From contig MU058718.1 of NCBI GenBank assembly GCA_013265495.1, positions 1,736,001 through 1,800,000 on the forward strand: DNA of 64,000 bases, given 5' to 3'. Origin of the DNA: Vicugna vicugna. Lineage: Eukaryota. How positions within the stretch are numbered: the first letter of the stretch is position 1; every line of letters starts with the position of its first letter. A program made the translations under genes and the position numbers. Positions 51,647-61,100 of the stretch are shown piece after piece. The notes under the pieces are model-generated. The model was not told the DNA's origin and ran no database searches. It saw nothing but the letters and a program-made list of their open reading frames with translations.

Positions 51647-52550
51647 ATAAGAAATGAAGAAACAAACAACCCAATCCAAAAATGGGCAGAAGGCCTAAAC
51701 AAGCAATTCTCCAAGGAAGACATACAAATGATCAATAGGCACATGAAAAAATGCTCAATATCACTAATGATCAGAGAAATGCAAATCAAAACTACAATGA
51801 GGTATCACCTCACACCAAGTCAGAATGTCCATCATTCAAAAGTCCACAAATAACAAATGCTGGAGAGGCTGTGGAGAAAAGGGAACCCTCCTACACTGCT
51901 GGTGGGAATGCAGTTTGGTGCAGCCACTGTGGGAAACAGTATGGAGATTCCTTAAAAGACTAGGAATAGACTTACCATATGACCCAGGAATCCCACTCCT
52001 GGGCATATATCCAGAAGGAACCCTACTTCAAAAAGACACCTGCACCCCAATATTCATGGCAGCACTATTTACAATAGCCAAGACATGGAAGCAGCCTAAA
52101 TGTCCATCAACAGATGAGTGGATAAAGAAGATGTGGTATATTTATACAATGGAATACTATTCAGCCATAAAAACTGATGTTCCTGGAGAATGTCATTTTA
52201 AGTGAAGTAAGCCAGAAAGAGAAAGAAAAATACCAAATGAGACCGCTCGTGTGCAGAATCTAAAAAAAAAAGAACATAAATACAAAACAGAAACAGACTC
52301 ATAGACATGGAATACAAACTTATGGTTGCCAGGGGGACAGGGGTTGGGAAGGGACTGGGATTTCAAAATGTAGAATAGATAAACAAGATTGTACTGTGAA
52401 GTACAGGGAAATATATAAAGGATCTTGTGGTGGCTCACAGTGAAAGAGAATGTGACAATGAATGTATGTATATTCATGTATAACTGAAAAATTGTGCTCT
52501 ACACTGGAATTTGACACAACATTGTAAAATGACTATAACAAAAAAAAGTT

Positions 52551-52595
<45 letters not shown>

Positions 52596-52657
52596 AAGAA
52601 AGAAAGCAAGCAAGAAAGAAACTAAGAAAGCAAGCAAGCAAGCAAGAAAGAAAGAAA
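51647..52657 (+). mobile_element. young L1 3' portion with complete 3'UTR and microsatellite-converted tail
   Basis: ORF2 C-terminal peptides ([48 protein letters not shown]..). Tail (TAAA)n ~52557-52596 then (GAAA/GCAA)n. Confidence 0.95.
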
Positions 52658-53959
52658 ATTCAAGACCATGGTTACTCATTTCTGTATTTAAAGTACAGGT
52701 TCTTGAATCTTGAAGAAGATTACATTTCTGAAGAAGTTTGCATTCCTACCAGCCCATTGTAATTTGGCATTTAGTATAGTTAAAAAAGCCAGTGGGAAAG
52801 CTGTGAAAGAGGTCTGTGGGCTTGTGAGTCTAGAGTCATATATTGCTCAAACTACAGCCTGGCATTTGAAGTGCTGACATACTGTGCAAGGAGAAACACA
52901 GTCTCTTAAGCAGCAGTTGCAAAAACAGTGAATCGATTTGCCATTCAGTTCTTTAAAAACTCAGCGAATTACCCAGAGTTGCTCTAATGGAAATCCCTGT
53001 TGAAACATCTTCTTTCTTCTCTCCTTTTGCACTTTTTATATGGAAGCCAGAATAACTACACGCATATAAGATGCCGGTTTTAAGTCTTTCTCAGTTTTAT
53101 ACTATGCTGATCAATTACTTTGTATTGAAGGCCCACATGAGTTATATATGATACTTTGTGGATAAATAAATATGTGCTTTCAGTTTAGCTCCAGGGTGAG
53201 ATAGGAAAGCATCCATCCTGGAGCACCAAAGTCATCAACTGCATCTATGATGGATGCATAATGTGGACCTCACAGCAGCCTAGTTACAATCCAACTTATT
53301 TTTCTTAGCCAAATCTGCTCTTTCTGGTGTAAAGAAGCTGATGGGGATTTTGTGGCTGCCTCCACAGAGGACACATCAATATTGTATTGATCTACATTTT
53401 CTTTCATTTGAATATAGACCTTCAATACCGTTGACATTTAATTCCAGAAGGAATATAAAAAAATTTTATGAGGTTTTGGTAAGCACAGTTTTATGGGCAG
53501 AATTTTTACAAATCTTTGTAAATGCAGTTGATAATTCTACACCTTAAGTGTGACTCCAGTTAAACATAAAAACAATAAATCATCAGTAAAACAGTACTAG
53601 ACGATAAATATTTGTTGAATGAAAAAACAGAAGGATGAATGACTTTGTTCATTATGTATGCCTGTTATTCCTGCTTACCTCGCTGCCTTTTGATTGTAAC
53701 TTGGCTTCCTCTATTGATCTGTCCTTAGAGAAAGAATGACTCCTGCGGTCATTCTGGCATTACAACTCTATTCCTCACAGGAACTAAAAAGTTGGCATTC
53801 TGGGTTTGTCTAAAGATACCTCTAGACTGATGAATGCTTCACTGTAGGATGTAGCATAGTGCCCAAAACTTAGTAGACAACTTATACAGGCTCAATGAAT
53901 GTTTCCTGCTTCAGGGCAGGTTATCATTCTATCCCTTGTGCACCAAAGAAGATACTCTC

Positions 53960-54290
53960 TGTATGGTCTGAATGTTTGTGTCTCCCCAAAATTCATATGT
54001 TGAAATCCTAATTCCCAAGGTAATGGCATTAGGAGGTGGGACCTTTGCAGGTGACTAGATCATGAGGGCCCTCATAAATGAGGCCTCACAGCGCTCCTTA
54101 GCCCTGTCCAATATGTGAAGACCTAGTAAAAAGATGACCATCTACAAACCACGAAGCTCTCGCCAGACACCGTATCTGCCAGCACCATGTTCTTGAACTT
54201 TCTAGCCTCCTGAACTGTAAGAAATAAATGTTGTTTATAAGCCACCTAGCTTATTGTATTTTGTTGTAGCAGCCTGAATGGACTAAGACA
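53960..54290 (+). mobile_element. MaLR LTR (MLT1A-like) with 5-bp TSD
   Basis: TG..'ggtctgaatgtttgtgtctccccaaaattcatatgttgaaatccta'..gactaagaCA. TSD CTCTC at 53955-53959 and 54291-54295. Confidence 0.92.
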
Positions 54291-55479
54291 CTCTCATTTT
54301 AAGAAACTGAATAAATAGTAATCCTAAAAATAAAAAATAAAATAAAATTTAAAATGTAGCAGATGGCTTATCAAACAAGAAGTACAGTGGATTGGGAGTA
54401 TGGTTATACTTCCCTCCTTCTTCATTCTAAATATTCCGTCATATACTTTGGACAAAGCCATTTCAAGTACAGGTGTGGGTTATTGGCTCAGAATAAATTA
54501 TATGGCATAGGCTACTCCTAATATTTTTACACAGGTCAAAATTGGTTAACATGGACAACAAGGACAACCTTCAAAAGACAAGAAAGGGGAACGGTGACAC
54601 AAAATTGTACCATGTAACTTTTGAGAGGTGATGAGGGGATGATGGCCTTTATTGCTAGAGATATGCCCCTGCCACATGGCCAGTGGTGAAGGGAGGGTGG
54701 CAGGATGTTCATGTGAGCTGCTTCAGTCTCATACTAAAAACCAGCTGGCTTTGCCTCTTTTTCTGTCCTATATGTACGAGAACTTTCTCAGGCTTGGCTT
54801 CACATTCACCTGGTTACTGCAGCAGCATAGGTCCACAAGTTCCAAAAGCTTGGAGCAATCATACTTATTTGGCTTATGTGAAGGAGGCTTGGTCTTAGGG
54901 AGTTATTAAAATGAAGTAGAATGCTTTACATACAACCATGGAGGTTCAGATTCTGATGTGTTAATTGCATACACTAGTAACGCAGAGTGGTGAGGAGCCA
55001 CCTGATACCTGTTTCAACAGATGGGGCCTGGAACCCTTGCCCCTCTTGTCAGGATCATATGATCTGAAAAGATGCTCTAGAAAGCAAAAGTAGGACAATC
55101 AGATAAAGGATGACTTCTTAAAGCAGAAAAGAAAGTTGAAGAGAGAAGCTTTGTGACTTTTGCCTTGATATAGCTAAGGAATAATAATGAAATTAACACA
55201 TACAGTTCACAAAAGGATAATCTTCTCAATATAACCTAATAAGCACAACATTTAAACAATAGAAGCAGTCGTTCAATACAGGGAAGAGAGTAATTTTTTT
55301 TTTAACACAGGCTAATACTCATTAGTGGGAATTGCACCATCCTTGAGAGAGAGAATTTGGCTAAAGTAATCTAACCAGACAGCTATACAGGTAGTTCTTA
55401 TTCCATCAAGAAGCCTAAAAGGTTAGAGATATTTTAAATGTTGTGATATTCCTTATATTAAATTCCATTTATAATATTT

Positions 55480-55605
55480 TTCACACTGTATTGTAATGTA
55501 TTTTTTTACTTGTCTGTATCCCCCACTAGACAGTAAGGTCCTTCAAGAACCATTCTCTTTTGTATTGGAAGCTAGCACAGAGATGCCTGGTACATAGGTT
55601 ACCAT
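55480..55605 (+). mobile_element. LINE-2 3' end
   Basis: 'ttacttgtctgtatcccccactagacagtaaggtccttcaag..ctagcacagagatgcctggtacatagg'. Confidence 0.7.
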
Positions 55606-55760
55606 CAAACCACTGTCATGGGTAGTAAGTAGACCAAAGCTCATACCCAATTTCATATTCTGCAAATCATCGATAGAAAGACTGGAGAAGAAATTGATAT
55701 GCAGGTACTTAGAAAGCAGTGTAAATGGAAACAAGGGCTCTGATTTTAGATGCTTTGAGT

Positions 55761-55957
55761 CAGGGCTGCAGTGTTCAGTTGGGCAGGTTGTTCACTGCAC
55801 AAGATTATCCAGCTGTGGGCACAAATTGGGGCAGAAATCTAGCCTATGCTGTGCCTATCAAGCTATGAACTCCAACAGTGCTTTGTATCTGCCCACATGA
55901 AGCAATGCTTTTTTTCAAATGCAAACAAATACACTGTACAAGCTAGAGAAGGGTCTG
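55761..55957. mobile_element. MER91A-like hAT-Tip100 MITE
   Basis: CAGGGCTGC..cagttgggcaggttgttcactgcacaag ... gggtCTG. Degenerate 8-bp TSD CTTTGAGT / CTTTAAAT. Confidence 0.75.
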
Positions 55958-56259
55958 CTTTAAATAGTGGCTTAATCTCTGACAGGTTAGATCCCAGGGG
56001 CAAGAAAAGCTACTCTTATCAGTCTGATTTCACCACAAATGGAAGAAAAAGAAATAGTGAATATTGTCTGATCTTGAATTGAGAACACTGACATTGGAAA
56101 TTGTTTTTCTCTGGATTCTCAACATAGGGTGACTGACTTATAAAACTTTTTTCTAATATAAAAGAACCACATAGGGGAGCCTCAGCGTTTAATCTGATCC
56201 CAGAAAATGAGCTAAAGAATCAGAGATGCGTAGAGTACAGGAAGAAACTTTGACGGTCA

Positions 56260-56432
56260 CAGAATTCCATTGCTGGAAGAGATTTTAAGAGGTCATCTAG
56301 TCCAATGATCACTTAATTTTGACAGATGAGGAAACCAAAAAGATCGAGATTAAATGACCTGCCTGCGGTTGGTTCTCAGAACTAAGTCTAGAGCCTCGTT
56401 TTCTGGCTTCCAATCTAATAATCTCTATCACA
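56260..56432 (-). mobile_element. MIR SINE upstream of promoter
   Basis: 'gaggtcatctagtccaa..attttgacagatgaggaaaccaaaa..taaatgacctgcc'. Confidence 0.78.
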
Positions 56433-57079
56433 ACCGGCTGGACTTGACATTATAATCTGTATCGATTGTGCATCCACTGTGTGGGAGAGGTTGAGACATA
56501 CAGACTTGGCCTCCAACAAGGGCCTTCAATAAGGTTGAGAAAACAAAGTAGGTGTTGAAAGACAAGCAATAATATGAGGTTGCATATGAAGGAAGGTTTA
56601 CACTTGGGTTTGAGTAGGAGTGGTGATTCCGACGTTAGGAATTAGTGGGCGGAGTGGAATGCCCTCGCGTGGGATGACAATTCTGGAGGGACCAGAACCA
56701 GATGATTCATAAGGTTCACCGGGGGTCGCAGGAGGGCCTAAGGTCACAAAATCAGTCAGGAGAATCCAATTTCCGGGGGTCATCTCGACGGGCAACTTAA
56801 ACCTTTGGGGTCATGACTCAGATTGTAAGGATGAGTCTGGTAAAGCTTTTCCACATCTGGGCTCTGACCCCCAGAAGGGCAGGGGCTGAGGCGGCGCAGC
56901 AGGTAAGGAGGGCAGGCGAAGGGAATTGCGGAATCCTGAGCTGACCCCGCTCCGGCGGCGGGAGGGGCGAGAGGAGGAGCTCCCGCCCGGCGCCGGCCGA
57001 GAAGGGGCTTCCGGGAGGGCGCACGCTGCAAGCGGGGCGGGGCCCGGGGCCAGCGCCGCCTACGTCGGGCTGCGTGACA

Positions 57080-57229
57080 ATGAGGCGGCCGGCGGAACGC
57101 GGCTGCGGCTGCCGCGGGCCTCGTGGGGCGGAGCCGCTGCCGGTACCGCCGCATCCCCGGTTGCGATTTGAAAGATTAAAACTCCCCGTGGAGAGGGCGG
57201 CGGCGTTGAATGTGTGGCGGAAGCGCTAG
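57080..57229 (+). promoter_or_regulatory. candidate uORF1 (49 aa), same frame as DDHD1 but stopped by TAG 48 nt before the main ATG
   Basis: acaATGagg at 57080 (A at -3) reads MRRPAERGCGCRGPRGAEPLPVPPHPRLRFERLKLPVERAAALNVWRKR* to TAG 57227-57229. It is only relevant if the TSS lies upstream of 57080. Confidence 0.45.
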
Positions 57230-57281
57230 GGGCCACGGCTCGGCGCCGGGCCGGGCAGCCGGCGGCGTCTCCACAGCATGA
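57210..57281 (+). promoter_or_regulatory. candidate uORF2 (23 aa) whose TGA overlaps the DDHD1 start codon (ATGA)
   Basis: ATG 57210 reads MCGGSARGHGSAPGRAAGGVSTA* with stop TGA at 57279-57281 inside A-TG-A. Weak Kozak (tgaATGt). Confidence 0.55.
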
Positions 57282-58106
57282 ATTACCCGGGCCACGGGTC
57301 TCCGCGGAGCCCCGAGCGTAACGGCCGGGGCGGCGACGGCGCCGCCTGGGAGCTGGGCTCGGGTGCGGAGGCGGCGTTCGGCGGTAGCGTCCGCTGCTTC
57401 GACCACCTGCCGGCGGGGGACCCGGGCGACGATGAGGTGCCCCTGGCCCTGCTGCGCGGGGAACCCAGGCTGCACCTGGCGCCGGGCGCGGAGGACCACA
57501 ACCAACACCTGGCGTTGGACCCCTGCCTCAGTGACGAGAACTATGACTTCAGCTCCGCCGAGTCGGGCTCCTCGCTGCGCTACTACAGCGAGGGCGAGAG
57601 TGGTGGCGGCGGCAGCTCCTTGTCGCTGCACCCGCCGCAGCAGCCGCCGCTGGTCCCGTCGAACTCGGGGGGCGGCGGCGCGGCCGGAGTGGGGCCCGGG
57701 GAGAGGAAGCGCATTCGGCCTGGCGGCACGGCCGCCCGGCACCGTTACGAGGTAGTGACGGAGCTGGGCCCGGAGGAGGTGCGCTGGTTCTACAAGGAAG
57801 ACAAGAAGACCTGGAAGCCCTTCATCGGCTACGACTCGCTCCGCATCGAGCTCGCCTTCCGGACGCTGCTGCAGGCCACGGGTGCCCGGGCCAAGGCCCA
57901 GGACCCGGACAGCGACCATGTGTGCGGCCCGGCCTCCAGCTCCGGGGAGGACGACGACGAGGACCGCGTCTGCGGCTTCTGCCCGCGCATTGCGGGGCAC
58001 GGGCGCGAGATGGAGGAGCTGGTGAACGTCGAGCGGGTGTGTGTGCGGGGCGGCCTCTACGAGGTGGATGTGAACCAAGGAGAATGCTACCCGGTGTACT
58101 GGAACC
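57278..58106 (+). CDS. DDHD1: DDHD1 (phosphatidic acid-preferring phospholipase A1) coding exon 1; 276 codons + 1 nt, continues beyond the window
   Basis: Translation MNYPGHGSPRSPE...DENYDFSSAESGSSLRYYSEGES...RYEVVTELGPEEVRWFYKEDKKTWKPFIGYDSLRIELAF...VRGGLYEVD...CYPVYWN matches the recalled mammalian DDHD1 N-terminus. Kozak acagcATG has A at -3. Consensus donor C|GTGAGT at 58106/58107, so the ORF-track terminal 'RE*' is intronic read-through. Confidence 0.97.
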
Positions 58107-61100
58107 GTGAGTAGCCGGCCGGGGAAGGGAGCGGGACGGGCTGCATCTGCAGGGGCGACACGCACCCGGGTAGATTTGGAACTGGACCAGGGAAAAGCGA
58201 GGCGCGTGAGGCCTGGCGTTTGGTGGGAGCGGGATGGAGGCAGTGCAGGCAGCGCCGGCAGGTGAAGGGTAAAACGAGCAGATGGCAAAACCCCAGGCGA
58301 CTGGGGTCAGAAGGAGAGGATACTGCCCGGGTAGCGCCTCCTGGGTAAGCCGGGTGCTGCTGCCATCCTCTGGAGGTGATCCAGGAACGGATGGCTAGCC
58401 CAAACTGTTTAATTTTGTTATCCTACCTGACCTTTGTTCACCCGGGGGTCTGATTCGGTCTCATTTACCCTGAATTGCTTGTGATTTAAATAGCAGCCTG
58501 TCCTCTGGGTTGGGAGTGTTTGAGAGGATCTGCACGAGATTCAACAGTTCGCTTACGGACTCGGGAAAAGAAAATTAATCCCTGGCGGGAGAGGAAAGGA
58601 GATGAGTTGTACCCACCGGGTCCAGGAGAGCTGGAAAGCACTGCTCGAAGCAGTTCTGGCAAGTGGGTCTGCTCACCCTTTCTGTAGAATACTCGTTTTT
58701 CTCTCTGAGGTCCTTGTTTACGTATTTTTATTCTTGCTTCTTTACCTTGAAAAGTTTCAAGGCTTATGCCTTGTGCCTTCTCTAAAATAGGGATAATTGA
58801 ACCTACTTCGTAGGTGGAGATTAAATGAAGCAATATACCTCAGGGGTTGGATGTGTGCTTGGCCTACATGTGTAATACAAGTGTTAACAGTAAGTCCTGA
58901 TTCATTAGACAACAACACAATCAGGCCTGTAATTAGATTAAGGATGAAGGCCGTCAGAAATCTGCCATTGCATGTAGCAAATGTTATATATGAAATATAT
59001 GTTACATATTCTATAGTAACAGAAGCTATTGGCCCCTAGTAATTTGTAATTTATAGTTATATTCTTTATGGGCCCAGTGCCCTGACTCAGATGTCTTTGT
59101 TGACTGTCACTAGCCTTAGGGCTTCCCTACATTTTAAAACATTCTGCTTTGTATTGATTATATGTATTGATGACTTAGCTTCCTTTCTGTATGTTGAATG
59201 TCTTATGGGCAAAGTCTGTCATCTTTATCTTTGTGTTCTCTTAGGGCCTAGTGCAGAAAATATTTTAAAAATAAGTATTGAATTGCATTAGTGATTCCAA
59301 TAATGTTAAAACATATGTTAAGCGTGAGTGACTCAGAGAGCAATTACAACATGTATCAAATCACCAAATAAAATAAGCATAGCAGGAAATTTAATTTCTC
59401 ACTACACATTAAGATGAAGTTGAAGGCATTTGTTACCATTTTCACAAGGCCAAATCCATGTGGGATCTGTCACATCACTCCTTTTGATTATTATATGCTC
59501 ACTAAGGACCAAATTTGCTGTATTCACTCATTCATTCATCTGTGATTTCTACCAGTATTTGTGCATAACCCAGTCCTCTTGAGAAGGCCGTGGGAAGAGT
59601 GGAAAAAAGGACAGTCCTCACCCTTCAGGAGCTTCCCACTTAGTCTTTTCTTCAAATGACCTAGACATCACGATAGATTTTTTTTTTCTTTGAAGATAGG
59701 AGCAGAAGGACTTAGTGGAGTCAGAAAGTTGAATAAAATCCAGGGCATCCTTGGAGAGGGGACTGGAAACCAAGAGGTGAATCTTACACTTAGATCAACT
59801 GAAGTTTCTTCACCTGGGATACTGTGTGTTCTTGTGGTTTATGATGAAATTGTTAGTTTGCATAATGCTTTACTGTCAACAGAGTGATTTTTTTACATTC
59901 ATTATTTCATTGTGATATCAAATGAATGCTGATGTTATAGATATGAAGAACGGGCTAAGCAAAGGTAATGAACTTGTCCAAGGTCACTCAGCTAGAAAGT
60001 GGTAAAGCAGTTCAGAGTCTTTCAGGAGAATACAGTGCAATGTTCAGAGAGCATCTGATCTACCCAAGGGTGAAAAGTGTCAGGAAGGCTTCCCAGATAA
60101 TATGGGACTGAGTCCTAAAGGATGAATTTAATCAGACAGAAGAAATGGAGAAGTGGGGAGAAGGGCATTCCAGCCGCATGAGGTGATCTATGCAAGTACA
60201 CAAAAACACGAAACTGCGTGGCATTTTTGAGGAAATTAGGACTGCACCTGCAGGGGTCAAGACACAACAGCTTAGGTGAGAGATTTGACTACCACAGAGA
60301 TAGAGGTGTTTGATCAGGGACAGGAGATCGTGAAGGGAGCAGAGCACGTACCTGTGAATGGTGCATTTGGGAGAATAGCTAGAAAAAGAGCAGGGGTAGA
60401 TATGCAGTGCTAAGCAGGTTGGACTTTATCCTATAAGGATCAGGGAACCAAACAACTGAAGGTTCATTCTCCATTACTTCAATGATTAGCGACAACACAA
60501 AGGTTGAACTGGACAGTTGGAGAATGTCATTAGAATGTTAGTGTCATAAATCAAGTGAGAAACAGGGCCTATTAAGTTAACCCGAGACGACCGTGAACTT
60601 AGTCTTCTCAAATCTTCTTTCCTAAAACAGATTGCCAATAGACCAATTATAGCTTATACATTAATATTTTTTAAGTAGCATAACAGCAACACCTATTTTG
60701 ACTCCATTTTAACATTTTCTGAATAGTTATTGCAATATTCAATCTTGTGGGTGTCCCAAGCCCTCATATGAACTACACTGAAAATACAGTAGTGGTTTTT
60801 GCCCGTAATTTACCACTTCTCACAAAATCCCATGTAAGTTTGCTCTAATTGGTGCTTCAGGTCTCTGTGTATTATGTAAGTTTTCACGTCTTCTCAGGAG
60901 GGTTCAGTCCTAGTATGGTCTCTTTAGCCTTTCTTCAAATGGAAGGAATCTTAACAAACTCTGCAGCTTTTGACCAGGTTCCTCCCATTTTACTTTTCTT
61001 TTTTAAACTTTCTGGAAGCTTTCTGAATAGTGGTGATGAAAGGTAAAAAAAAAAAAAAGTCCAACAAGTTCCTCGTAGAATGGTGGTAGGATTCCAGTGG

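Larger units (their letters stand above)
56880..58350. promoter_or_regulatory. CpG island / TATA-less promoter of DDHD1
   Basis: Abrupt rise in GC and CpG density versus CpG-depleted flanks. GC boxes GGGGCGGGGC (57034-57043) and GGGGCGGAGC (57125-57134); ETS-like CTTCCGG (57008-57014). Confidence 0.92.

Noticed and set aside
57363..57755. 130-aa alternative-frame Arg-rich ORF and other CpG-island ORFs (56780-57154, 56926-57171)
   Set aside because: Expected by chance in very GC-rich DNA; no independent coding signal.
58107..58114. ORF-track end of DDHD1 as a single-exon 278-aa protein
   Set aside because: A consensus GTGAGT donor lies exactly where homology ends, and the protein is known to be much longer and multi-exon.
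57176..58288. 370-aa antisense ORF over DDHD1 exon 1
   Set aside because: Typical stop-poor shadow frame of a GC-rich coding exon. Starts at a non-ATG codon, has low-complexity Ala/Arg/Pro content and no recognisable domain.
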